From Deltaproteobacteria bacterium (lineage in GTDB: Bacteria; Myxococcota_A; UBA9160; SMWR01), in assembly GCA_032128375.1 (NCBI GenBank), contig JAQBGU010000197.1:1-19082 (forward strand): a stretch of 19,082 bases of DNA. Reading direction: 5' to 3'. This document shows, piece by piece, positions 8,701 through 15,758 of this stretch (the first letter of the stretch is position 1; the number at the start of each line of letters is the position of its first letter). The notes beneath the pieces were generated by a model that saw nothing but the letters and a program-made list of their open reading frames with translations, made no database searches and was not told where the DNA came from. The translations under genes were made by a program, and so were the position numbers.

Positions 8701-9504
8701 CTGCCCACCGCTGACGCCGTCGATTTGCTTGACGCCGAAGCGGTAGTTCAGAAAATTCGACGCGATGTAGGAGCCCGCGTACAAGTCCAGGTCGTCGTTC
8801 GCGCGTCCCGGATCGCTATTCGGATTGCCCTCACTATCGTGACCCAATGGGTCGAGACCGGGAACTGCGAAGAACAGCTGACCTAGCCCGGGAACGTTCC
8901 AGATGCGGGCAAGTTCTCTCTCACCGTTCACTCGTCGAGGGAACGCTCCGGCTTGGCTGAAGTCGGCGCCACCCTGACCCAGTGGAATCTGGATATAGGG
9001 TCGGCGATCGGAAAAATTGACCGGCGGTGTGGCGGGATCGTCGTCCGTTTCGACGGCCGAGTTTCGAATGGCGCCGGTGAAGCCCGTCCGATGGCCGTTG
9101 GAGAATCGCTTGGGTAGACGTTTCGCCCGGTTTCCGTAGGTGTTCACGCTGTCGAACATCCCGCAGCCGCCGGACCAGACGCAGTCATAGCGTACGTCGG
9201 CGCGTACGAATCCCGAGATCGAGTTGAACGGTCCCCAATCGTCCTGGAGCAGGTCGAGTTCGAGTTCCAGATCCAACACCTGGTACCACTGCGCGAGGTC
9301 CCAGCCGTCATCAGCGCTGTAGCCTTTCGCGAGCGCGCGAAGTTGGGACTCGTAGAAACCGTGAAACTGGAGCCGGCCGTCGAAGGCTTCGAGTGCGCGA
9401 GATTCCGCTGGCATCCACAGAGTGGTGGTCGCGAGGTGAACCACGAGGAGCCATCGGAAGTGGATCCTGCAGCGGAAGAGTGCGGGCGGCTCCTCGGCTA
9501 GCAT
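5782..9504 (-). CDS. Very large DUF1302-family outer-membrane beta-barrel protein (1240 aa)
   Basis: Signal-like N-terminus ending ...AESRA. DUF1302 hallmark ELREAYLD...RFGKQVIVWGKTELFRAVDQFNPQDL. Amphipathic C-terminal strands and a terminal beta-signal FMRLRYTF. GGGAGA RBS. Confidence 0.8.
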   Translation of the reverse strand: MLAEEPPALFRCRIHFRWLLVVHLATTTLWMPAESRALEAFDGRLQFHGFYESQLRALAKGYSADDGWDLAQWYQVLDLELELDLLQDDWGPFNSISGFVRADVRYDCVWSGGCGMFDSVNTYGNRAKRLPKRFSNGHRTGFTGAIRNSAVETDDDPATPPVNFSDRRPYIQIPLGQGGADFSQAGAFPRRVNGERELARIWNVPGLGQLFFAVPGLDPLGHDSEGNPNSDPGRANDDLDLYAGSYIASNFLNYRFGVKQIDGVSGGQGTSVLGPWRPIDRIVAYGALADRPNPYAADRLDGEGILPSVVVTPIATDPVTGMPALTEGTPELAFRPATANRFTQRSDIQQSQGLYYPTEALKRFLDDGAQVYDQNFSQSDLAWNHGASQSDDRELREAYLDIDVLDSRLWGRFGKQVIVWGKTELFRAVDQFNPQDLGLASLPSLEESRIPMWAARMILSIGDFGPIQDLRIEAAVLLDQYEPADLGRCGEPYSPILTCGISAGMLAHALTGTGLAGEVRPPDPWDDVKGLEGGVRIEWRAGRFSFSLSDYYGYDDFPYVDQLNVFERNVDPVSGRPRIAGARGICRDGTEYDCLGAPSIRVCNPLESACDNAFRILESLTSAPLNPLQRADVLNNHSSNQQIFATLCASTVGLDFLPSACGFTVWNSPTVASDFAGAPLYSSAFGSLLTGGTAGGFLEAVVTGQAVFNAIARFQDPFSPPLVRLNKRRADLTAEDLFALTNPGETLPEPEASRVLLENDGRPNGRIQYALVGVLFEGDLFRGAGLAAYLTDAEEALLGCGVFFGNPCDVTGFDLFNTEASMFFQSWPGIEGTDGTDWDTWLGVQPGTLDFVDPLVCTRAELGPGGRLEACRDTLDSTEIMFEGMSVVVDPRKLSESELEAHEEIGVVFKHPFFGPDRVCLGFGCPGVDNQFFSSELAALSFNALMTFVITSSPPDVIDNVTGLPEPDTLSDRDPYFNEFDFRQPYRQDGCSLRKPLLCANVAALLGTTGTQSNAILAGGNERYGRRDFIWHSGAVVGLRRNKRNVLGFALDFTEDYTKTAWAMELSWLSDVKVADFDERDGRRSVDQINLVMSVDRSTFINFLNANRTFFINSQLFLRYIPQHRESMALNGPVNALATLSIFTGYWQDRLTPGLTVVRDFQSKSGAALSSVTYRYSERFSATVGLAWFYGRTEKRPYPLTPAGFANAGAGKGLYRSYVQNGLAVVKDRDEVFMRLRYTF

Positions 9505-9536
9505 CGATTCTCCCAGGGAGCGGCGTTCACTTTTCT

Positions 9537-9560
9537 GCGTGGAACTTTCCGGCGTGGAAC
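9537..9560. repeat. Direct repeat GCGTGGAAC x2 with 15-bp period, upstream of the DUF1302 gene
   Basis: gcgtggaactttccg|gcgtggaac, with a degenerate preceding copy at about 9523-9536. Confidence 0.5.
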
Positions 9561-9677
9561 AGCGGGTTCAATGCGAATGGGATCTGGCAGGAATCTTATC
9601 CGTGCGCCATCCCAGAAGAGAAGAAAATTCGACCGGTTGGGCCGGATCGTGCGCGGAATCGGAAAACTCCGACCTTA

Positions 9678-9735
9678 CAGATCGGGAAATCAGAGCGGGA
9701 AATCAGATCGGGAAATCCGTGCGGGAAATCGGAGC
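9678..9735. repeat. 13-bp tandem repeat, about 4.5 copies (consensus CAGAKCGGGAAAT)
   Basis: cagatcgggaaat|cagagcgggaaat|cagatcgggaaat|ccgtgcgggaaat|cggagc, with an invariant CGGGAAAT core. Confidence 0.9.
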
Positions 9736-9811
9736 TTTCGAGCGACTCGAGGAATTCGCTTCGAGGTGTGACGAAGCTGAACGAGGAGTCCAATACTTCA
9801 GACGAGAAAGT

Positions 9812-11098
9812 TCAGACCTTGGCGTTCGGGTCTCCCGTCGTGACGTTTGCGGCCTTGCGGAATCGATCCATCCGCGCGCGTTGTTCGGGGGAAAGCTCAC
9901 TCTCGACAATTTGTCGCCCGAGCGCGAACACGTTCGGGATTTCGTCGTCAGCGAGTTCTTTCATTTTCTCTTTGCGAGTCATCGCCTTTTCGATGTACGG
10001 GGCGAGTTCTTCCAGCTTGCTCTTTTCGCGCTCTTCGCTTTCGGCCTTGAATTCGGGCATGATGTCGCTTGCAAACAGTTCGAGTGATTCGCAGATGTGT
10101 TCGTGCAGGTTGCGGCCACCCTGTTGAATGAACGCGACCTGGTCAACGCCCGCATCGGAAAAGCCGCGCAGTGTCTCTCGAACCTGGTCGGGTGTTCCGA
10201 TTCCCCGCTCAGCGCCGTCGTCTGCCATCGCACCACGCGCAGCTTCGAAGTTCTTCCAGATATCAGTGCGGCCCGGTTTGTGCTCACCGAAAATATAGTG
10301 GTGACCGAGACCGTACCCGAAGAATCGGAACCCGTCCTGGCCGCGCCGTTTGGCTTCGGCCTCCTTCTCGTGCAATGAGAAGCCGGTGATGATCGCGATG
10401 TTCGGGTTGACGGTGTGGCCGATCGGCACGCATTCTTCCTTGAAAATGCGATAGTAGTCGTCGACCCACTTCTTGGCTTCGGAAGAGTCGATGAACGCGA
10501 ACGTCAATGCGCCGATGCCGAGTTTGGCGGCAAGCTTGATCGTCTCGCGGTTCGAACAGGCTACCCAGATCGGCGGATGCGGACGCTGGACAGGCTTCGG
10601 GACCACGTTGCGACACGGCATGTCGAAGTACTTGCCCTGGAAACCGGGGTAGGGATCCATCGCCATCATATTGGCGCACTGTTCTACACATTCGAGCCAT
10701 TGGTCGCGCTTGGTGTCGACCGCGACCTGGTAGCCATGAAGTTCCAGCGCAGACGACGACTCGCCGGTCCCCCATTCGACACGACCATTCGAGACGAGGT
10801 CGAGTGTCGAGATGCGCTCTGCGACGCGGGCGGGATGATTGTAACCCGGGGGCATCAATGTGATGCCGTGTCCGAGTCGGATGTTCGTCGTGCGCTGTGA
10901 GCAAGCTGCGAGGAAGACCTCCGGGGCCGAGCTGTGCGAATACTCTTCCAGAAAGTGGTGCTCGACCTCCCACGCGAAGTCGATCCCCAGCTTGTCCGCG
11001 AGCTCGACCTGACTCAGCGCATCTTGAAACAGTTTCTGCTCATCGCCTTCCTTCCACGGTCGCGGTAGCTGGTGCTCGTAGAACGTTCCGAATTTCAT
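9812..11098 (-). CDS. LLM class (luciferase-like) flavin-dependent oxidoreductase (428 aa)
   Basis: WEVEHHFLEEYSHSSAPE, HPARVAERISTLDLVSNGRVEWGTG, VPKPVQRPHPPIWVA and IGTPDQV. Confidence 0.93.
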   Translation of the reverse strand: MKFGTFYEHQLPRPWKEGDEQKLFQDALSQVELADKLGIDFAWEVEHHFLEEYSHSSAPEVFLAACSQRTTNIRLGHGITLMPPGYNHPARVAERISTLDLVSNGRVEWGTGESSSALELHGYQVAVDTKRDQWLECVEQCANMMAMDPYPGFQGKYFDMPCRNVVPKPVQRPHPPIWVACSNRETIKLAAKLGIGALTFAFIDSSEAKKWVDDYYRIFKEECVPIGHTVNPNIAIITGFSLHEKEAEAKRRGQDGFRFFGYGLGHHYIFGEHKPGRTDIWKNFEAARGAMADDGAERGIGTPDQVRETLRGFSDAGVDQVAFIQQGGRNLHEHICESLELFASDIMPEFKAESEEREKSKLEELAPYIEKAMTRKEKMKELADDEIPNVFALGRQIVESELSPEQRARMDRFRKAANVTTGDPNAKV

Positions 11099-11200
11099 GC
11101 CGGGTTCCTATTTGAGTCATGCTGAGCAGCTTCAGATATGGAGTTTCATGCGTGCGTGATGGGGGCATCATGTTAGGGGTGCTGCCACGATCGTGTTGTA

Positions 11201-12052
11201 TCACGGGCGCTCTGGCCCGGTCAACCCGGTCCCCCGCTGTCGCGCCGCTTCGTAGAGTAGAATCGAAGCGGCCGACGCGACGTTGAGCGACGAGGCTGCA
11301 CCGGTGATCGGGATCGAGACGATTGCGTCGCAGATTTCTGCGAGGGAGCGACTCAGCCCTGTTCGTTCGTTTCCGACCATCAGCACGGTTGGGACCGTCC
11401 AGTTTCGAGCCGCAGCGTTCGTTGCTCCGGTAGCACTCGAGCCGAGGACCTGCAGCGCACTTTGTCGTTCGCGCAGCTCGACCAGCCAGCGTTCCAGTGC
11501 CCCGGTGGACGCGACCGAAACGACGGGCAGCCGAAACAGCGATCCGGTCGAAGCCCGGATGGTACGCGGGTCGAAGATGTCTGCGGCATGTCCAAAGACC
11601 GCAAGCCCATCGGCGCCGAGTGCGTCGCATGAGCGGATGAGTGTTCCGAGATTCCCCGGGCTCGCGGGTCGATCGACAATCACGACCAGCGGCGCGTCGG
11701 AAAGCGCGATCGACTCCAGGTCGTAGTCGCGGCCGCTGATTTCGACGATGGCCAACAGTTCGGAGGTATCGTCTTTTTCGCTGATTTCGGTCATCAACTC
11801 GTTCGACAGCGAATAGTGGCGTTTCGCTGTCGAACGCGACAGGATTTCTTCCGCCCATTTCGAAGGTTTTCTGGCGGCTGAGAACACATAGCTGTCCACC
11901 GCCCAGCCGTTCTCGTGCATGAGGTTGATCGGGCGCACTCCCTCGACGATGAACAGGCCGCACTGTGTGCGCTTCTTGCGGTTTCGCTTGAGTGCTTCGA
12001 TGAGTTGGAAATCATCGCTTCGCGCCTGGATGTGGATCGTGCGGGGAATCAA
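11201..12052 (-). CDS. SPOUT/TrmH family RNA 2'-O-methyltransferase, AviRb/TsnR-like (283 aa)
   Basis: DRPASPGNLGTLIRSCDALG, VGNERTGLS and IPITGAASSLNVASAASILLYE (SPOUT knot), plus an N-terminal L30e-like domain. The TTG start overlaps the MFS TGA stop (TTGA at 12052-12049). Confidence 0.9.
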   Translation of the reverse strand: MIPRTIHIQARSDDFQLIEALKRNRKKRTQCGLFIVEGVRPINLMHENGWAVDSYVFSAARKPSKWAEEILSRSTAKRHYSLSNELMTEISEKDDTSELLAIVEISGRDYDLESIALSDAPLVVIVDRPASPGNLGTLIRSCDALGADGLAVFGHAADIFDPRTIRASTGSLFRLPVVSVASTGALERWLVELRERQSALQVLGSSATGATNAAARNWTVPTVLMVGNERTGLSRSLAEICDAIVSIPITGAASSLNVASAASILLYEAARQRGTGLTGPERP

Positions 12053-13263
12053 CGCTTCAGTCGCTCGAGGCTGATGTGTAGCGCCGCGATCAACACGCAC
12101 ACGCCAGCCCCGATCGCCAGCAGCGCGGCACGTTCGCCGACAGCGTCGGCCATGAGCCCGACGGGCAGCGCCATCAAGCCGAAGAACCCGAATGCGAGCA
12201 TCGTCAGGGACATGACACGGCCAATATAGGCGGGGTCGGCCTCTCGAACGATGGCGGCTGCGCTGAGCGCCTGGAATCCACCGCTGCCCGCGCCGATGAA
12301 GAACATCGCCGCCATGGCGGATCCATAGTTCGGAGCGAGAGCCAGTGCCAGCAACGACAAGCCGAACACGAGACCCAGCCCGGTGTATATGGCGAGGGTG
12401 CGGTCGGAATCGGCATACCCGGCCACCACCAGGCTGGCACCGAGCGCTCCCAACGCGGAGGCGAGATACAACAAGCTGATGCTTTCGACGTCGTGGCCGA
12501 GCTGGTTCTCCACCAGACCTGGAAGCACGGTCACATGGGGGAAACCGACGGTGATGACTGCGATGAAGGAAATCACCAGGACGCGCAGCTTCGGATGCTG
12601 CCAGACGTATCCCACCCCATCGGACAGATCAGCCAACACACGCGTCTGATCGCTGTCGCTTCGCCCAGGGGAGCGAGGCAACAGCAACAGCGTCCCCGCG
12701 GAGAAACCGTACAGCGTGCCCATCACCGAGTAAGCGCCCGCTGCACCGAACAAGTGATAGCCCAGCAATGCGCCCGCCAATGCCGGTCCGAACACGCGCG
12801 AGGCGGTATTCGCGATCTGCGACAGCGCCATCGCGTTGCCGCGTCGATTCTCGGGAACGAGTTGGATCACCAGGGCCTGTCGCGCTGGGCCCAGGAACGC
12901 GAACGTGGTACCCACGACGAACGAGCCGGCGATCAGGAACGAAATGCGGATCGCATCGGTGGCGACCGCCAGCGACAGCAGCAGAAAGACCGTCATCGCG
13001 AGTAGTTGTCCGATCGCGACCAGGAGTTTCTTGGGCAGCCGATCCGCATAGGCGCCCCCGATCGGCCCGAACAACACCATCGCGATGCCTTGTCCAGCGA
13101 CCACGAACCCGACCGCGCGGTTGGTTTCGGTCAACTCGAATGCGACCACGCTCTGTACAATCGTCGACATGAAAAACGCCATGAACGACAACAACGTTCC
13201 GAGCCAAAGGATCCGAAAGTGACGAATCGCCAGCGCTGCAAACGTGGCGCGGAGCCAATTCAT
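12049..13263 (-). CDS. MFS transporter (DHA3/EntS/MFS_3-like, about 12 TM, 404 aa)
   Basis: FRILWLG, GGAYADRLPKK (motif A), PARQALVIQLV...GNAMAL and GRVMSL, with twelve hydrophobic segments. Confidence 0.92.
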   Translation of the reverse strand: MNWLRATFAALAIRHFRILWLGTLLSFMAFFMSTIVQSVVAFELTETNRAVGFVVAGQGIAMVLFGPIGGAYADRLPKKLLVAIGQLLAMTVFLLLSLAVATDAIRISFLIAGSFVVGTTFAFLGPARQALVIQLVPENRRGNAMALSQIANTASRVFGPALAGALLGYHLFGAAGAYSVMGTLYGFSAGTLLLLPRSPGRSDSDQTRVLADLSDGVGYVWQHPKLRVLVISFIAVITVGFPHVTVLPGLVENQLGHDVESISLLYLASALGALGASLVVAGYADSDRTLAIYTGLGLVFGLSLLALALAPNYGSAMAAMFFIGAGSGGFQALSAAAIVREADPAYIGRVMSLTMLAFGFFGLMALPVGLMADAVGERAALLAIGAGVCVLIAALHISLERLKR

Positions 13264-13297
13264 CGGCTGCAGCTCGGGCCCGACGCGCGTTGAGTCC

Positions 13298-14440
13298 TCA
13301 CAAGTCCTGGTTGGTCATGACGATCGTGCCGGCGGCTCCGAACATGCCACCGACTCCGTGACACAGGGAAATCTGAGCCCCCTCGACCTGGGCCGGCGCG
13401 GTTCCGCGCAGCTGGCGGACACTCTCTTGAAGCGCATACATGCCATACATTCCGGAGTGCATGTAACTGAGGCCGCCTCCGTTCGTATTGGTCGGAAGCG
13501 ACCCTCCCACGCTGGTGTGACCCTCCCAGATGAAGTCACCGGCTTCACCTCGGCCAACGAAGCCGAGATCCTCCAGGCCGTAGATGGGCAGGTGCGCGAA
13601 CGCATCGTAGATCATCAGGTGGTCCACATCGTCATGCGAAATTCCCGCCGTCTCGAAGGCCTTCTGGCCCGACACCCTAAATGCCTTCGAGCTCGTCAGG
13701 TCCTCCATCTGGCTGACCATGGGTGTTTCGGTGCTCTCGCCGGTGCCGAGGATGAATATCGGTTTCGTCGAAAACTCCGCCGCGCGCTGTGCCGATGTCA
13801 AGATCAGGGCACCACCGCCATCGGTGACGAGGCAACACATCAGCAGGCGGAATGGGTAGGCGATCATCCTCGAATCCAGCACATCGTCGACGCTGATCGG
13901 ATCGCGAAACGACGCGCGAGGGTTCCTGCCCGCCCAGGCCCGCTGCACGACCGCGACGTTTGCAAGCTTCTCGATGCTGAGGTCGAAGTCCTTCATGTAA
14001 CGAAGGACAGGCAGCGTGAACGTCGTCGGGGCACCCATCGGGCCGAAAGGCGCTTCGAACTGGCCCGGCAAGCTTGCGGCCGGCCGGTTGAAGCCTCCCG
14101 CCCCGACGCGAGATTTCCCGCTTTCGCCGTGCGTAATCAGGACGGTCGAACACAAGCTCGCTTCGATTGCCGCCGCCGCATGGCGGACATGGAGCATGAA
14201 CGAGCAACCGCCGACCGATGTTCCGTCGACCCACGACGGTGTAATTCCGAGATAGTGGGCGACGGCTGTCGGCGATTCACCTGCAGTCGCTACGCCGTCG
14301 ATGTCCGACGGTTTCAGACCCGCATCCGTCAACGCGTTGAGTGCCGCATCTGCGTGCAATCCGATCACCGACAGCTCGGGAATGACTCCCAGTTGGGTCG
14401 TCTCGGCCGCTCCGACGATGGCGGCTCCGCCGCGCTTCAC
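13298..14440 (-). CDS. Thiolase-fold protein, SCPx/Ltp2-like non-canonical type (380 aa)
   Basis: AAIVGAAET, CCLVTDGGGALIL, MIYDAF, PTNTNGGGLSYMH and ESVRQLRG...QV. The GTG start overlaps the DUF35 stop (GTGA) and has a GAGGT RBS. Confidence 0.9.
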   Translation of the reverse strand: MKRGGAAIVGAAETTQLGVIPELSVIGLHADAALNALTDAGLKPSDIDGVATAGESPTAVAHYLGITPSWVDGTSVGGCSFMLHVRHAAAAIEASLCSTVLITHGESGKSRVGAGGFNRPAASLPGQFEAPFGPMGAPTTFTLPVLRYMKDFDLSIEKLANVAVVQRAWAGRNPRASFRDPISVDDVLDSRMIAYPFRLLMCCLVTDGGGALILTSAQRAAEFSTKPIFILGTGESTETPMVSQMEDLTSSKAFRVSGQKAFETAGISHDDVDHLMIYDAFAHLPIYGLEDLGFVGRGEAGDFIWEGHTSVGGSLPTNTNGGGLSYMHSGMYGMYALQESVRQLRGTAPAQVEGAQISLCHGVGGMFGAAGTIVMTNQDL

Positions 14441-14955
14441 GACGTACCTCGCGATGGGCTCGTTTCTGGCTTCGCAGGGTCCGACGTTGAACGGTCCGAA
14501 GTTCGAGAGTTCGACGGGGCAACTTCGCATGGTCGAAACAGCGGTAGCGCGATGTCGTCGGTGAGTTTTTCGAAAATCACCTCGACGGGCATGTCGAGTA
14601 TCAGGGCTTCCGGGGTCTGAGGCGAATCGATGATGTTCGTCATCATCCGCGGTCCTTCTTCGAGTTCTACGATTGCGATCGAGTAGGGAGCTTCGAATCC
14701 GGAATTCGGTGCCGCGCGCTGATTGATGACGTAGCTGTGCAGTGTACCCAGACCGCTCGCCGGGAAGACTTGGACCGATCTGGACGCGCACTTCGGGCAG
14801 AACGGCCGGGGAGGGAAGTACACATTCGAGCAACTGTCGCAGCGCTGCAAGCGCAGCTCGCCTGCGAGAGTGCCGTCCCAGAAGTGCTGGGTTTCTGGCG
14901 TGGGTCTGGGGATTGGTTTCGTCGAGCGCGGACGTGCGGAGTGCGACTCTGCCAT
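14437..14955 (-). CDS. DUF35 / ChsH2-like Zn-ribbon plus OB-fold protein (172 aa)
   Basis: FWDGT..GELRLQRCDSC...FPPRPFCPKC (two CxxC), GTLHSYVI, and PYSIAIVELEEGPRMMTNI. Confidence 0.93.
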   Translation of the reverse strand: MAESHSARPRSTKPIPRPTPETQHFWDGTLAGELRLQRCDSCSNVYFPPRPFCPKCASRSVQVFPASGLGTLHSYVINQRAAPNSGFEAPYSIAIVELEEGPRMMTNIIDSPQTPEALILDMPVEVIFEKLTDDIALPLFRPCEVAPSNSRTSDRSTSDPAKPETSPSRGTS

Positions 14956-14959
14956 CGCG

Positions 14960-15748
14960 TCAGCGTCCCAGAAAATCGGCGACAGCGCGCCGAACTGCAT
15001 CGGGTCGTTCGTAGGGCGCCATGTGACCGGCGTCTTCGATGAGTGTGACCTGCGCATCGGGAAGCAGCTCACGCCAGCGTTCTGCGTACAGCGGTGGAAT
15101 GAACTTGTCTTGTGTGCCCCAGACGACCAGCGTTGGGGCGGTCTGTCGATACAACCGCTTGGATACGCGTCGGTTCGGAATCGGAAACAAGATCTTCCCC
15201 GCCGTTCCCATCTGCCGGGCGTTTCGAACCATGAATTCCTGCAGTGCATCCATGTTGGAGAAGTCGAGCCCCTTGGTGAGAAACTTCTCGCCGTCTTTCG
15301 GATCACGAAACAGTGTCTTGGCGAGTTGGAACGGCAGCATCGCGAACAGGTCGGGAATCGGATGTTCGTCGATCCACAGTCCGGCTGCGGAAATCAGCAC
15401 CAACCGATCGAGGCCGCGCGGGTTCAGGCAGGCCATTTCGGCTGCGATCATGCCGCCCATCGAATGGCCGACCAGATGCGGCGGGCTCGCGAGCTCGAGC
15501 GCCTCGACGACGTCCCAGCCGTGCAGTGCGAAGTCCAGCATGTCTTCGATCTGTTCTTCGGTTTCCGGCTCGCCGTAGCCAGGCCACTCGGGTGCGAGAA
15601 CGTGGAAATCCCCAGCGAGGGCTTCCAGCAGCGGCTCGTCGTCATACAAACCACCGGCGCCGTGAAAGTAGACCAACGGCGGGCCACTGCCTGTTTCGAG
15701 CAGTCGCGACTTGATGCCCTTGCGTGTTTCGATCGTGCGTTCCTTCAT
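14960..15748 (-). CDS. Alpha/beta-fold hydrolase (262 aa)
   Basis: HGAGG oxyanion loop, GHSMGG nucleophile elbow, WGTQD acid and DAGHM catalytic His. ATG at 15748 lies just after the LLM stop. Confidence 0.92.
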   Translation of the reverse strand: MKERTIETRKGIKSRLLETGSGPPLVYFHGAGGLYDDEPLLEALAGDFHVLAPEWPGYGEPETEEQIEDMLDFALHGWDVVEALELASPPHLVGHSMGGMIAAEMACLNPRGLDRLVLISAAGLWIDEHPIPDLFAMLPFQLAKTLFRDPKDGEKFLTKGLDFSNMDALQEFMVRNARQMGTAGKILFPIPNRRVSKRLYRQTAPTLVVWGTQDKFIPPLYAERWRELLPDAQVTLIEDAGHMAPYERPDAVRRAVADFLGR

Positions 15749-15758
15749 CCCCGTCCCT

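Noticed and set aside
5782..9504. Cys-rich outer-membrane protein as a multiheme cytochrome or porin-cytochrome conduit
   Set aside because: No CxxCH motif; Cys spacing is variable and fits disulfides better.
9585..9600. TGGCAGGAATCTTAT as a sigma-54 promoter
   Set aside because: It lacks the -12 GC and points away from the DUF1302 gene, towards the 3' end of the LLM gene.
9678..9735. Tandem arrays (also 4829-4883 and 18988-19047) as mini-CRISPR arrays
   Set aside because: Units are 11-13 bp and contiguous, with no unique 25-45-bp spacers and no cas genes.
9393..10127. 244-aa and 182-aa plus-strand ORFs across the DUF1302/LLM intergenic region
   Set aside because: They overlap real minus-strand genes, run through a 13-bp (non-triplet) repeat and have no motifs.
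13244..14620. 458-aa plus-strand ORF
   Set aside because: Antisense shadow of the thiolase-fold gene; Arg/His-rich with no recognisable motifs, typical of high-GC DNA.
14441..15306. Apparent N-terminal extensions or fusions of the thiolase (to 14833) and DUF35 (to 15306), suggesting frameshifting
   Set aside because: The extensions are off-frame readings of the upstream genes; each gene has its own start with normal coupling.
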